The notes: generated from the letters alone by a model not told the origin. A stretch of DNA of 64,000 nt from Fidelibacterota bacterium (GCA_030600775.1 JAUVLI010000001.1:9230-73229), one strand, 5' to 3'. Shown: positions 46,919-57,738, counted from the first letter of the stretch. A program made the numbers and translations.

Positions 46919-48745
46919 TTATTCTACAGTTACACTTTTTGCAAGATTTCTTGGTTGATCTACATTGCATCCTTTTTTTATTGCAATATGATATGCAAAC
47001 AATTGTAATGGAATGATTGATAATACAGTGCTTAAAAATTCATTAACATCAGGAATAGGAATTGTATAATCAGCTATTTTTTTTATTCTTTCGTCACCTT
47101 CAGTAACAATAGCAATTACAACACCGTGTCGAGATTTGATTTCTTCAATATTATTCATTATTTTATTGTACCTTCTTCCTTTCAAAGCTATTACAACAAC
47201 CAGCATATTTTTATCAATAAGTGCTATTGGACCGTGTTTCATTTCCCCCGCATGATATCCTTCTGCATGAATATATGATATTTCTTTAAGCTTTAAAGCT
47301 CCTTCGAGAGCAATTGCAAAACCAACACCTCTTCCTATGTATAGAATATTTTTCTTTTTGTAAAATATTTCAGCTAACTTTTTTATTTGTGAATTCAATT
47401 TTAACACATTGTCAACTTTTCTTTGTAAATTTCTGATTCCTTTCATTCTAACTATTGCTTGAGGAATAGAAATGTTTCTATTGATCCTTGCTAGAAACAC
47501 CGAGAAAAAATATAAAACCACCAATTGAGTCGTAAATGCTTTTGTTGAAGCTACACCAATTTCTGGCCCGGCATGCGTATAAATAACACCATCCGAAATT
47601 CTAGCAATTGAACTTCCAACAACATTGCAAATTGAAATAATACTGCTTTTATATTTTTTCACTTCATTCATTGCCGCTAATGTATCTGCTGTTTCACCAG
47701 ATTGACTTATTCCAATGACAAGAGTATTTTCGTTAATTATCGGCTCACTATATCTAAACTCTGAAGCATACTCAACCGTAACCGGAATTCTTGCCATTTT
47801 TTCAATAAATATTTTACCAATCAATCCCGCATGCCATGAAGTGCCACAAGAAACAATAACAATTCTCTTAATATTTCTTATTTTTTCATCGCTCAAGTTT
47901 ATTTCCTTAAAATACACTTTCCCTTTATCTTCAGAAATTCTACTAATTATTGTTTCTTGAATTGCTCTAGGCTGTTCAAAAATTTCTTTCAACATGAAAT
48001 TATCATATCCATTCTTTTGTGCCATCTCATAATTCCAATCAATTTTTTTAACTGGCCTATCAATAATTTTATCGTTAGAATTTCTTATTACAATATTTTT
48101 ATTAAATATTTGACATAAATCACCATCTTCTAAAAATATTATATCATTTGTGTATTTTAAAATTGCTGGAACATCAGATGCAATAAAATTTTCATTTTTA
48201 CCTAAACCGAGAATTAGCGGACTTTTATTTTTTGTAGCAATAATTTGATTGGGGTGATCACTGTGCAACACAACAATTGCATAAGAACCATCCATTAATT
48301 TTATTGATTCTTTTACAGCTTTATAAATATCATCACTATAATATTTTTCAATCAAATGAGCAATTACTTCCGAATCTGTATCTGATTTAAATTTGTGCCC
48401 CTCAGAAATCAACATATCTTTTAATGACAAATAATTTTCGATTATTCCATTGTGAACAACAGCGATTTTGCCTGTGCAATCTTGATGTGGATGTGCGTTT
48501 TCTTCTGAAGGTACTCCATGTGTAGCCCATCTGGTATGACCTATTCCTATAAAAGATCTGCCTTCTTCAAGAATTGCTTTTTCAAGATCTGCTACCTTAC
48601 CTTGCTTTCTAATTATCTTTAATTTTTTTTCATTTATTACCGCAATTCCAGCAGAATCGTATCCCCTGTATTCCAAGTTTTTTAAACACTCAATAATAAT
48701 TGGAACGCCATTATTTTTTCCAATATATCCAACTACTCCACACAT
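46919..48745 (-). CDS. glmS: glutamine--fructose-6-phosphate aminotransferase
   Basis: 608 aa. Starts MCGVVGYIG (Ntn Cys), has two SIS domains and ends ...NLAKSVTVE. Confidence 0.95.
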   Translation of the reverse strand: MCGVVGYIGKNNGVPIIIECLKNLEYRGYDSAGIAVINEKKLKIIRKQGKVADLEKAILEEGRSFIGIGHTRWATHGVPSEENAHPHQDCTGKIAVVHNGIIENYLSLKDMLISEGHKFKSDTDSEVIAHLIEKYYSDDIYKAVKESIKLMDGSYAIVVLHSDHPNQIIATKNKSPLILGLGKNENFIASDVPAILKYTNDIIFLEDGDLCQIFNKNIVIRNSNDKIIDRPVKKIDWNYEMAQKNGYDNFMLKEIFEQPRAIQETIISRISEDKGKVYFKEINLSDEKIRNIKRIVIVSCGTSWHAGLIGKIFIEKMARIPVTVEYASEFRYSEPIINENTLVIGISQSGETADTLAAMNEVKKYKSSIISICNVVGSSIARISDGVIYTHAGPEIGVASTKAFTTQLVVLYFFSVFLARINRNISIPQAIVRMKGIRNLQRKVDNVLKLNSQIKKLAEIFYKKKNILYIGRGVGFAIALEGALKLKEISYIHAEGYHAGEMKHGPIALIDKNMLVVVIALKGRRYNKIMNNIEEIKSRHGVVIAIVTEGDERIKKIADYTIPIPDVNEFLSTVLSIIPLQLFAYHIAIKKGCNVDQPRNLAKSVTVE

Positions 48746-48836
48746 TTCTTCTCCTAATTAATTTTACTTTATAAGTTTACAACAAAATTAACTTTTTTAC
48801 AACCAGAATTTTAATTGATGATATTTCAAAAAATAG

Positions 48837-49028
48837 TTTGAAAAATTTCTATTATATCTATTTGGACCGCTTCAAGGATTCTCTTGGAAATATATTAAAA
48901 AAAACATTGGCATTCCAATGCGATTTGACAATTCAAGAAGTAAAAAAGAACTGAAAATTAAATATAAAAATATTAAAAAGACAATAATAGATCATTCAAA
49001 ACAGATCATTTATGATAAGTTAATTTAA
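48837..49028 (+). pseudogene. C-terminal remnant of an SDR/NAD-dependent epimerase-reductase-like gene
   Basis: Open frame without a start codon: ...LFGPLQGFSWKYIKKNIGIPMRFDNSRSKKELKIKYKNIKKTIIDHSKQIIYDKLI*. The pattern P.RFDNSKSKKELG..Y....ET..D is typical of C-termini of extended SDRs. No upstream Rossmann part is present. Confidence 0.35.
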
Positions 49029-49041
49029 AAAACAAATAATC

Positions 49042-49935
49042 CTACTTAATAAAAACAACTCTCTGACTATCAGATTTTGCACTGGAAATTACAGTTCCCA
49101 ATGCATTCTCTAAGTTCAAATAAAAATCATCAATTGTTATATAACCCATACCCATATTGTTATCAATGCTAAAATATTCATTGTAATATTCAGAAACCGA
49201 TTGAACAATCATCCAAATAATTAAAGTATCTCTCCCACAATTTTCGAACGGATCAAATAAAGTAAAATCACTTGTATTATAATTCCATTCAGTATCTTCA
49301 GTCGTAACTTCATATTCAAAATAATCGCCGTAATCCTGATATGATTTATAATCCAATTCCATTCCAACATTATATCTATAACTCGTTGCATCAGACCATT
49401 TAATTGTCCAACTATTGTCGTCTAAATGAAAAATCGTATCTGTCAAAACAAATTCCGGTTTTTCTGCAATTACAACATCGCCAGTTGCTTTTTCAAATTC
49501 ATTCGTAGCAACATTCAATTGATATTCTTTGCTTGCTTCAAACAGAAAAGTCGTATCTGTCGGTAGATAAATTCCTTCGGACAAATAATTAAAACGAATT
49601 GTATCTGAATTAGAATTAACCGCATAAACAATAGCATCTTCAATAATATAATTTGGTTTAAAATAATTATGGCTCCACTCTATTGTATCACCCCTTTCGT
49701 CATCTATCCAATATTCAGTAATTAAACTGTCCGTTTCTGTTTCACTTGGATCACTTATTGAAAGAGTATGTGCAACTTTAACAAAATTATTTTTTGTGTT
49801 CGTACTACTAAAATGAGCAATAATATTTAACATCGGTTCGTGATTAATTATCACTTCTTGCGGTCCCCAATCACCACAGGAGTATAGCATTAAAAACATT
49901 AATATTATTAAAATAATTTTCTTCATATTATTCAC
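49042..49935 (-). CDS. DUF4249-like lipoprotein partnered with the TonB-dependent receptor
   Basis: 297 aa with lipobox LMLYSCGD. Lies 3 nt downstream of a CarboxypepD_reg-TonB receptor, which is the usual DUF4249 context. Confidence 0.5.
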   Translation of the reverse strand: MNNMKKIILIILMFLMLYSCGDWGPQEVIINHEPMLNIIAHFSSTNTKNNFVKVAHTLSISDPSETETDSLITEYWIDDERGDTIEWSHNYFKPNYIIEDAIVYAVNSNSDTIRFNYLSEGIYLPTDTTFLFEASKEYQLNVATNEFEKATGDVVIAEKPEFVLTDTIFHLDDNSWTIKWSDATSYRYNVGMELDYKSYQDYGDYFEYEVTTEDTEWNYNTSDFTLFDPFENCGRDTLIIWMIVQSVSEYYNEYFSIDNNMGMGYITIDDFYLNLENALGTVISSAKSDSQRVVFIK

Positions 49936-49938
49936 TTA

Positions 49939-52308
49939 TTAAAAATAAAATTTCACTCCTAAACTTGGAAAAAATGGAAACATCGGCACTGGTTGACGAT
50001 AAACTTTATCATCTCTATTCATCCAATAATACATAAATACGTTCATATGATTTGTTACATTAATGACATGAAAATAAAACTCCGTTTTCAAATTAAACAA
50101 TTTTCCTCTTCTGTTAAAACCAATATCAAGTCGAAAATAATTTGGATATCGTTCCGAGTTTTTTCTTCCATAAACATCTATTTCATCAAAATAATATTTT
50201 TCACCATCATTTTCCACATCTAAAGCCTGATCATCTAACATATGAATTTTCCCTAATATTTGCGTGTATGGATTTCCTGTATTTAACACAATAGCGGAAG
50301 TAAAATACCACTTGTTCCCAATATCATATTTTGCTACAATATTTAAATTATGTGTTTTATCATATTTAGGTGGATACCAAATATTGCCATCCTTTTTTCT
50401 TGTAATAGAATAAGTATAACCAACCCAACCAGTTAAATTACCAAGTTGTTTCTTCACTAAAAATTCCACTCCATAAGCATAACCATTAGCTTCTGTAAAA
50501 TTATTCACACTATCAAATGCCACAATAAATTCATCATCTAATGTTATCAAATGACTAAAATCTTTATAATATCCTTCAAGTTTTATCTGAATTTTTTCTT
50601 TGTACCAATATTCCAAACCAAGTATTGAACTGTAAACCATACTTGGCGATTGGTCTTTTGAAGTTGGATACCAAAAATCAATTATTCTCACATTTTCCGT
50701 CTCAGGATTTGCTGTTTGGAGAAATTGATACACATTTCCAACGGCGGCATTTATTGCAAATTTGTCAGAAAGAAAATATTTCCCATTTAGACGAAAGTCG
50801 GGATATGTTTTATTTTTAAATTCATAATGAGTTAATCTTATTCCGGGCTGGATCATCAAAAGTGGATTAGGTTGAAATTTATCTTGAAAATATATCCCAT
50901 ATTCAGATGGCTTAGAATGAATGTCAACTAAATTGTTTGAATCAAATGTTAATCCCAAATTGAAGTCAATTTTTTTGTAAAACGAACCAAACTCAATTGT
51001 ATTTTTATCATTTAAGAACCAAACAAAATCTACAAATGGTGAAACATCAGTAATGTTATCAAAAATCTTTAACTTAATATTCTCAGAAATAAAATTAGAA
51101 TCTGAATCAAAATATCTATCTTCTCCTTGTATATCAACATCAAAATGAAATTGGCTCTGTGCTAAACTAAATTTGCCAATTAGGTTTGGTGTAATTATCC
51201 AGCGGTGTTTTAAACTTACAGTCCTATTTCCCCAGATCCAATCAATATTAAATTTGAAATAAGAATAATCATAATCTTCTCTTGTCCCCTCTGTGCTTGT
51301 TTCTTCAATGCTTAGCACATCATCACCGAAAAAACCGCTAAATGTCGTTCTATGTTTTTGATTAATATCTATATTTATTTTACCTTGGAGATCATAAAAA
51401 TAATATGGAAAGGGTGGTAGATTATCATCTCGTTTTTTATTGATCGGTTTTCTGATCAATTCCCATAATCCATCAAAATATGTTCTCCTTCCGGCGACCA
51501 TGAACGATCCTTTTGGAACTGGCCCTTCTAATAACAACTTAGTTGAAATAAGAGAAATATTTCCCTGTCCTTCAAAATTTTTAGAGTTCCCTTCTCTGTT
51601 AACAATATTCAAAACCGAACTCATTCTACCACCATATTTTGCAGGAAATCCACCGGCAATAAAATTTGCCTCTTTTACAGCATCCGTATTGAAAGTTGAA
51701 AATACACCACCAAGATGATATGGATTGTAAACAGTTATCCCATCCAATAAAATCAGATTTTGATCTGGCGAGCCACCACGAACATATAAGGCACTGCTAA
51801 AATCATTGCCAGCTGTTGCGCTTGGAAGAAGCTGGATCGTGCGAAAAATGTCAGATTCTAAAACAACTGGTGACGACCGCAAATCATTATTACTTAAGTT
51901 TATTGTGCTTATTCTAATATCTTGTCTAAACTTTTCAATTTCTCCAGTTTTGGTTATTTCACCCAACTCAATAGTTACCGTTTCCATATTTAAATTTACT
52001 TTCTGTGAAGTATCTTTTATTATTACTATCTCTTTTTCAACTTTCTTATATCCCATCATACTAACCATCAGTGTAAATTCCCCTACAGAATTTGTTTTAA
52101 AATAGAAATATCCATCACTATTTGTTACAGCTCCGTAAGATGTATTTTTTAGAAAAACATTTGCATAGGAAATCGGTTCACCATTTTTCTTGTCTTTAAT
52201 GAATCCGGAAATTGTGGATGCAGCCGAAAGAATATTTGCAAATAAAATAATTATTAAAACTATATAAAAACAACAATTGTTATTTGTGTTCTTTTTATTT
52301 TCTCTCAT
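49939..52308 (-). CDS. TonB-dependent receptor with N-terminal carboxypeptidase-regulatory-like domain
   Basis: 789 aa. ISGFIKDKKNGEPISYANVFLKNTSYGAVTNSDGYFYF (CarboxypepD_reg), plug region ...VRGGSPDQNLILLDGITVYNPYHLGG, and a barrel ending ...PSLGVKFYF. Confidence 0.8.
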   Translation of the reverse strand: MRENKKNTNNNCCFYIVLIIILFANILSAASTISGFIKDKKNGEPISYANVFLKNTSYGAVTNSDGYFYFKTNSVGEFTLMVSMMGYKKVEKEIVIIKDTSQKVNLNMETVTIELGEITKTGEIEKFRQDIRISTINLSNNDLRSSPVVLESDIFRTIQLLPSATAGNDFSSALYVRGGSPDQNLILLDGITVYNPYHLGGVFSTFNTDAVKEANFIAGGFPAKYGGRMSSVLNIVNREGNSKNFEGQGNISLISTKLLLEGPVPKGSFMVAGRRTYFDGLWELIRKPINKKRDDNLPPFPYYFYDLQGKINIDINQKHRTTFSGFFGDDVLSIEETSTEGTREDYDYSYFKFNIDWIWGNRTVSLKHRWIITPNLIGKFSLAQSQFHFDVDIQGEDRYFDSDSNFISENIKLKIFDNITDVSPFVDFVWFLNDKNTIEFGSFYKKIDFNLGLTFDSNNLVDIHSKPSEYGIYFQDKFQPNPLLMIQPGIRLTHYEFKNKTYPDFRLNGKYFLSDKFAINAAVGNVYQFLQTANPETENVRIIDFWYPTSKDQSPSMVYSSILGLEYWYKEKIQIKLEGYYKDFSHLITLDDEFIVAFDSVNNFTEANGYAYGVEFLVKKQLGNLTGWVGYTYSITRKKDGNIWYPPKYDKTHNLNIVAKYDIGNKWYFTSAIVLNTGNPYTQILGKIHMLDDQALDVENDGEKYYFDEIDVYGRKNSERYPNYFRLDIGFNRRGKLFNLKTEFYFHVINVTNHMNVFMYYWMNRDDKVYRQPVPMFPFFPSLGVKFYF

Positions 52309-52379
52309 ATTGAAATTTATTAAAAAAACAGTTAATTAAACAATATAAAAGAAATTTATTTATTATTTCTTAAAATTAT

Positions 52380-53642
52380 CTAAATATGATAAATTATTCC
52401 TTTACCAAGAAATTCTTCTGTTATTTTTTCATAGTAATCAATAACATCTCTTACATAGTCCCTTTTCTCAACATACGAACCATAATAAAAACATCTTTTA
52501 AATCCATAAATAATTATATTTCTCAACTGAGCGGGAGTAATTTTCATTTCTTTTATAACAAGCTGTAATTCTTTAGTTACAGTGGTATTTGAAATAAGCC
52601 GATTGTCTGTATTTATAGTAATCGAAAGTTTATTATCAATCATTTTTCTTATCGGATGATTTTTCATACTACCTTTTAAATCAGGATTTGTCTGCAAATT
52701 ACTTGTAGGACAGATCTCTAATGTAATACGATTATTTGCAATATATTGTGCAAGATTTAACACATATTTTTTTGCATTTTTTCTATTTTTTTTACTTACT
52801 ACCTTTTCTTCATCAAATAAATAAAAACCATGTCCAATTCTATCTGCGTGCAAATCTGTAATAGCTTGAAAAATTGATTCAGGTCCATAAGCTTCGCCAG
52901 CGTGAACTGTTTTGCTTAAAAAATTCCGATGGACAATGTCATAAGATTGAATATGATTGTCAGCAGGAAAACCTTCCTCAGCTCCGGCGAGATCAAATCC
53001 AACTATTGGAATATCTGTTTCATTTACTATTTTCGTTGTTGCTTTTGCCAGCTCTTGTGATGCAAGATTTATTGTTTCAAGTGGAGCGGAATATTTATGA
53101 TTTTTAAAAAACGATGCAAAAAATGGAGAAAATCTTTTATCACAAAACCGCATTGCACAAACAATTATTCCATAATTAAATGGCGGTTCTTCACCATTTA
53201 AAATTTCTGAATGTGAGTTAAATTCTTTCTTCGCTCTTTCAAGTCCCTTCCAACACGAATTCATTACATCTTCAAACGACATATCATCACTCATCAATGT
53301 TTGAGGAGCAAATCGAACTTCAATATAACGGACGCCTTCATTTTGATTATCAATTGCCAACTCATAAGAGATTCTCTCTATCGCATTTTTCGTTCTCATT
53401 ACGGCACAAGTATAGCTAAATCCTCTCAAATATTCATCAAGTGATGCGTAAGAATCCTTAAAAATTTTATCTCGCATTCCAGCTTCGGAATAACTTGGTA
53501 ATTTTATTCCTTCTTTTTTTGCCAGCTCTATCAAAGTTGGAAGTCGTAACGAACCGTCTAAATGCAAATGCAAATCGGTCTTAGGTATTTTTAATAAAAA
53601 CTCTTTGTTATAAAGCTCTTTTGTAAATTTGTGTTTATTCAT
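52380..53642 (-). CDS. add: adenosine deaminase family protein (long form)
   Basis: 420 aa. Metal-binding PKTDLHLHLDGSLR, ...TVHAGE... and ...INTDN.... Confidence 0.8.
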   Translation of the reverse strand: MNKHKFTKELYNKEFLLKIPKTDLHLHLDGSLRLPTLIELAKKEGIKLPSYSEAGMRDKIFKDSYASLDEYLRGFSYTCAVMRTKNAIERISYELAIDNQNEGVRYIEVRFAPQTLMSDDMSFEDVMNSCWKGLERAKKEFNSHSEILNGEEPPFNYGIIVCAMRFCDKRFSPFFASFFKNHKYSAPLETINLASQELAKATTKIVNETDIPIVGFDLAGAEEGFPADNHIQSYDIVHRNFLSKTVHAGEAYGPESIFQAITDLHADRIGHGFYLFDEEKVVSKKNRKNAKKYVLNLAQYIANNRITLEICPTSNLQTNPDLKGSMKNHPIRKMIDNKLSITINTDNRLISNTTVTKELQLVIKEMKITPAQLRNIIIYGFKRCFYYGSYVEKRDYVRDVIDYYEKITEEFLGKGIIYHI

Positions 53643-54085
53643 TTAAAACTCTCTATTAATTATTAAAAAATACTGAAATATTTTTACAATATCAAGAATA
53701 AAAATGACCAAAAATCTGACTTCATTACACTTGCTTTTTATTACTGAAATTATGCAATTGTTTACTAAAGTTGGGCAAACGGAACAGAGTTGAGGCTTTT
53801 GAGAAAGTGTAGAACAATAGAAAATATATTATTTCCCTTGCTTATTAATGAAATATACCTTAAAATAATTATATGTATTAAATGTGGAGACAATAATGGA
53901 CAAAAAAAGTTATTTAAAATTTAATAAATTTTTATTTATTCTGCTTTATTTTTTACAAAACTAAAAGGCTTGTTTAATTTGATTCAAGATTGGTTTGATA
54001 AAATTAATATTAATTTAAATAATGAAAATAAATAAAAATAAATAAAATTGACGTTATTTGCCCGGAAATTAAAGCGAGGGAAACA

Positions 54086-54931
54086 ATGAATAAGAAAAAA
54101 GAAGAAAAGGAAACGGTAAAAACAGAGAATATTCATAAAGATTCAATAATAAAAGAAAAATTACCCGATGATTTATATAAAAGATTACAGAATATTTATG
54201 AAAAAACTTATGAAGCTAATCCTACAACATTTAGTGAATTTGAAAAAAATATAAGCCGTGATAATAATCTTGAAAGAGAAATTAGTATTTGGGAAAACAT
54301 TGCCCAAAGCTATTTCCAATATGTTTCAATTGGTAATTTTAACTTAAAAGAAAAAAGAGAGATATTTAATTTTCTGTTAAGTATTTCTACGGAAGTGTCA
54401 ATAGGTAAGTTTTCTAATTTTAATCTTTCGGAATCAGAAAAAGAAAAATTAATTACTTTATATTTTAACAATGATGAGTTTAAAGACGAAAGAAATAACA
54501 ACACCCAGTTACCACTATTTAGGCAAAATCCAAGAAAATTTTGTGCTTCAATTGGTTTAAATTGGTCAAAAGTAATATGGTTATATGAATCAGAATATTT
54601 AAGTTTTAATCCAGAAAAAATAAATAATTTAGATTATCAGCGTTGTTCAGAAATTAGATTTTTGGCACATTTAATACACTTTGGGTGCAGTGAATTAAAT
54701 CTTAGAAAATTATTAAAAAATCTAAAGAAACCATATAATTATAACGCTTATGCTTTCTGTTATAATTTTGCAAAAGAAAAATGGCATTTATCACATAGCA
54801 ATTATGATGTCGGTTTAATAGAATATATAAATGAGTATATTTCAAATCTTGAAATTGTTGGAGATCTAGAAGAATTAAATGAATTAAAATCATATTTGGA
54901 TATGTCTATAAATCGTCTACAAAAGAGCTGA
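54086..54931 (+). CDS. hypothetical protein, no family recognised
   Basis: 281 aa, Lys/Glu-rich N-terminus, RBS gagggaaac upstream. It is the only plus-strand gene between 46.9 kb and the window end and is followed by a hairpin. A segment FCASIGLNWSKVIWLYESEYLSF vaguely resembles a MerR/CbpM-type HTH (weak). Confidence 0.5.
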   Translation: MNKKKEEKETVKTENIHKDSIIKEKLPDDLYKRLQNIYEKTYEANPTTFSEFEKNISRDNNLEREISIWENIAQSYFQYVSIGNFNLKEKREIFNFLLSISTEVSIGKFSNFNLSESEKEKLITLYFNNDEFKDERNNNTQLPLFRQNPRKFCASIGLNWSKVIWLYESEYLSFNPEKINNLDYQRCSEIRFLAHLIHFGCSELNLRKLLKNLKKPYNYNAYAFCYNFAKEKWHLSHSNYDVGLIEYINEYISNLEIVGDLEELNELKSYLDMSINRLQKS

Positions 54932-54965
54932 TTTTAGTTATGAATTATTTATCAAAGTAAAATAA

Positions 54966-54998
54966 AAACTTCCGAAATTATAACAACTTCGGAAGTTT
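54966..54998. terminator. bidirectional terminator-like hairpin between the orphan gene and ppdK
   Basis: Perfect 11-bp stem aaacttccgaa/ttcggaagttt with an 11-nt loop. Flanked by A-rich and T-rich runs. Confidence 0.6.
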
Positions 54999-55026
54999 AA
55001 TAAACATTTAATTAGTTAATATTAAT

Positions 55027-57738
55027 TTATTCTATCGATGCTTGTGCTGCCGCTAATCTTGCAATTGGAACTCTAAAAGGTGAGCAAGAAACATAATTCA
55101 TTCCAACTTTATAGCAAAATTTTATAGAATTAGGTTCGCCACCGTGTTCTCCGCAAATACCAGCTTCCAAATCTTTTCTGACTGAGCGACCTTTTTTTAT
55201 TCCCATTTCAACTAATTGTCCAACACCCGTTTGGTCTAATTGTTGAAACGGATCAACTTCCAAAATATTTTTATCTAAATAGATTGGTAAGAATTTTCCA
55301 GCATCATCTCGTGAATAACCAAAAGTCATTTGAGTAAGATCATTCGTTCCAAACGAGAAAAATTCTGCTTTTTCGGCAATTTCGTCTGCAGTCAAAGCTG
55401 CTCGTGGAATCTCGATCATCGTTCCTACCATATATTCAATTTTATCATTTCGCTCTTCAAAAACTTTATTTGCAGTATTACGAATAATTTGTTCTTGAAG
55501 CTCATATTCTTTTACTGTACCGATCAATGGAACCATTATTTCCGGTTTTGCATTTATTCCTTTTTTCTTACAATTTAAAGCTGCTTCAATAATTGCTCTT
55601 ACTTGCATTTCTGTAATTTCAGGATATGTATTTCCAAGACGACAACCTCTATGACCAAGCATTGGATTAAATTCAGCCAACGATTCAACTTTTGCTTTTA
55701 CTTCTTCAACAGAAATTCCCATTTCATCAGCCATTGCTTGTTGGTTTTCTGGTTCGTGAGGGACAAATTCATGTAAAGGCGGATCCAACAATCTAACAGT
55801 AACAGGAAAATCGTGCATTGCTTCAAAAATTCCTTCAAAATCCTCTCTTTGCATCGGCAAAATTTTATCAAGTGCTTTTCTGCGTCCGGCTTCGTCATCA
55901 GATAAGATCATTTCTCTTACCGCTTTAATTCTTTCGCCTTCAAAAAACATGTGCTCTGTTCTTGTTAAACCAATTCCCTGTGCTCCAAATTCTCGAGCTA
56001 CTTTTGAATCGTGTGGAGTATCGGCATTTGTTCTTACACCCATTTTTGTATATTTATCACACAAGTCCATTAATTTTCCAAAATCACCACTTAATTCAGG
56101 ATCTTGCGTTTTAATTTTTCCATCATACATTTCGCCAGTCGATCCGTTCAATGAAATCCAATCGCCTTCTTTATATGTCTTATCATTTGCAACAATCGTT
56201 TTCTTTTTGTAATCAATCTTTATAGAAGAAGCGCCAGAAACACAACATTTTCCCATTCCACGAGCAACAACTGCTGCATGTGAAGTCATTCCACCTCTTG
56301 CAGTTAAAATCCCTTCAGCTGCATTCATTCCTGACAAATCTTCAGGAGATGTTTCAATTCTAACCAATATGACTTTTTCATTATTCTCAGCCATTGCTTC
56401 TGCATCATCAGCGAAAAATACTACTTTTCCAGAAGCCGCTCCCGGTGAAGCTGGCAGACCTTTTGCCATTACTTCTGCACTTTTCAAAGCTGTCGTATCG
56501 AACACCGGATGTAATAATTCATCTAACCTATTTGGTTCTACTCTATTGATCGCTGTCTTTTCATCTATAATTCCTTGATCCAACATATCTATTGCCATTT
56601 TCACCATAGCAGAACCAGTTCGTTTTCCTGTTCGTGTTTGCAATAACCAAAGTAGTCCATCCTGAATAGTGAATTCCAAGTCCTGCATATCTTTATAATG
56701 GTCTTCTAATTTCTCCTCTGTATCGCATAATTCTTTATAAACTTTTGGCATTGTCTCTTCCAATGAAGGAAATTTATTTGCTCTATCTTCTTCCGAAACA
56801 TCCGCTAATTTTGCCCATCTTTTTGACCCTTCAAGTGTAATCACTTGTGGAGTACGAGTTCCGGCTACAACATCTTCGCCTTGAGCATTTATTAAATATT
56901 CGCCATTGAAGATATCTTCACCTGTTGCAGCATCTCTTGTGAATGCAACTCCTGTAGCAGAATTGTTACCCATATTTCCATAAACCATTGATTGAACATT
57001 TACTGCAGTTCCCCAACCATGAGGAATATTATTCATCTTTCTGTAATAGATTGCTCGCTTATTATCCCAACTGCCAAACACGGCTCCAATTGCTCCCCAC
57101 AACTGTTTCCAAGGATCTGTAGGAAATTTTTGATTAGTTGATTCTTCTACAGCATCTTTGAATTTTTTTACAAGCATTTTTAAATCATCAGCTGTTAATT
57201 CGGTGTCATTCTCAATACCCTTTTCTTCTTTAATTGCTTCAATAATTTTTTCGAATGGATCAATGTCTTCTTTGTTTTCCGGCTTCATTCCCATAACGAC
57301 ATCGCCATACATTTGAATAAACCTACGGTATGAATCCCAAGCGAAACGCTCATTACCGGATTTTTCTGCTAATCCTTTTACAGCTTCATCATTTAAACCA
57401 AGATTTAATACAGTGTCCATCATTCCGGGCATAGAGACGCGTGCACCAGATCTAACAGAAACTAACAACGGATCATTTCTATCACCAAATTTAGCTTTCA
57501 TTATTTTTTCAATATGTTTAATTCCGTCTTCCACTTCACTTTTCAACATTTCTATCGATTTTTCAACACCAATCTCATTCCATTTTAGACATACATCAGA
57601 AGTCAAAGTAAAACCGGCGGGAACAGGAACACCAATTGAACTCATTTCCGCTAAATTCGCTCCTTTTCCTCCCAGTAAATTTTTATCTTTTGCTCCACCA
57701 TCTGCTTTGCCATTTCCAAATAAATATACATTTTTCAT
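55027..57738 (-). CDS. ppdK: pyruvate, phosphate dikinase
   Basis: 903 aa. N-terminus ...LLGGKGANLAEM, phospho-His region GGMTSHAAVVARGMG and a PEP-utilising C-terminus. Confidence 0.95.
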   Translation of the reverse strand: MKNVYLFGNGKADGGAKDKNLLGGKGANLAEMSSIGVPVPAGFTLTSDVCLKWNEIGVEKSIEMLKSEVEDGIKHIEKIMKAKFGDRNDPLLVSVRSGARVSMPGMMDTVLNLGLNDEAVKGLAEKSGNERFAWDSYRRFIQMYGDVVMGMKPENKEDIDPFEKIIEAIKEEKGIENDTELTADDLKMLVKKFKDAVEESTNQKFPTDPWKQLWGAIGAVFGSWDNKRAIYYRKMNNIPHGWGTAVNVQSMVYGNMGNNSATGVAFTRDAATGEDIFNGEYLINAQGEDVVAGTRTPQVITLEGSKRWAKLADVSEEDRANKFPSLEETMPKVYKELCDTEEKLEDHYKDMQDLEFTIQDGLLWLLQTRTGKRTGSAMVKMAIDMLDQGIIDEKTAINRVEPNRLDELLHPVFDTTALKSAEVMAKGLPASPGAASGKVVFFADDAEAMAENNEKVILVRIETSPEDLSGMNAAEGILTARGGMTSHAAVVARGMGKCCVSGASSIKIDYKKKTIVANDKTYKEGDWISLNGSTGEMYDGKIKTQDPELSGDFGKLMDLCDKYTKMGVRTNADTPHDSKVAREFGAQGIGLTRTEHMFFEGERIKAVREMILSDDEAGRRKALDKILPMQREDFEGIFEAMHDFPVTVRLLDPPLHEFVPHEPENQQAMADEMGISVEEVKAKVESLAEFNPMLGHRGCRLGNTYPEITEMQVRAIIEAALNCKKKGINAKPEIMVPLIGTVKEYELQEQIIRNTANKVFEERNDKIEYMVGTMIEIPRAALTADEIAEKAEFFSFGTNDLTQMTFGYSRDDAGKFLPIYLDKNILEVDPFQQLDQTGVGQLVEMGIKKGRSVRKDLEAGICGEHGGEPNSIKFCYKVGMNYVSCSPFRVPIARLAAAQASIE

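Noticed and set aside
48746-48836. glmS ribozyme upstream of glmS.
   Set aside because: There is no recognisable ribozyme core. The spacer is A/T-rich and partly occupied by a gene remnant on the other strand, and the element is essentially restricted to other phyla.
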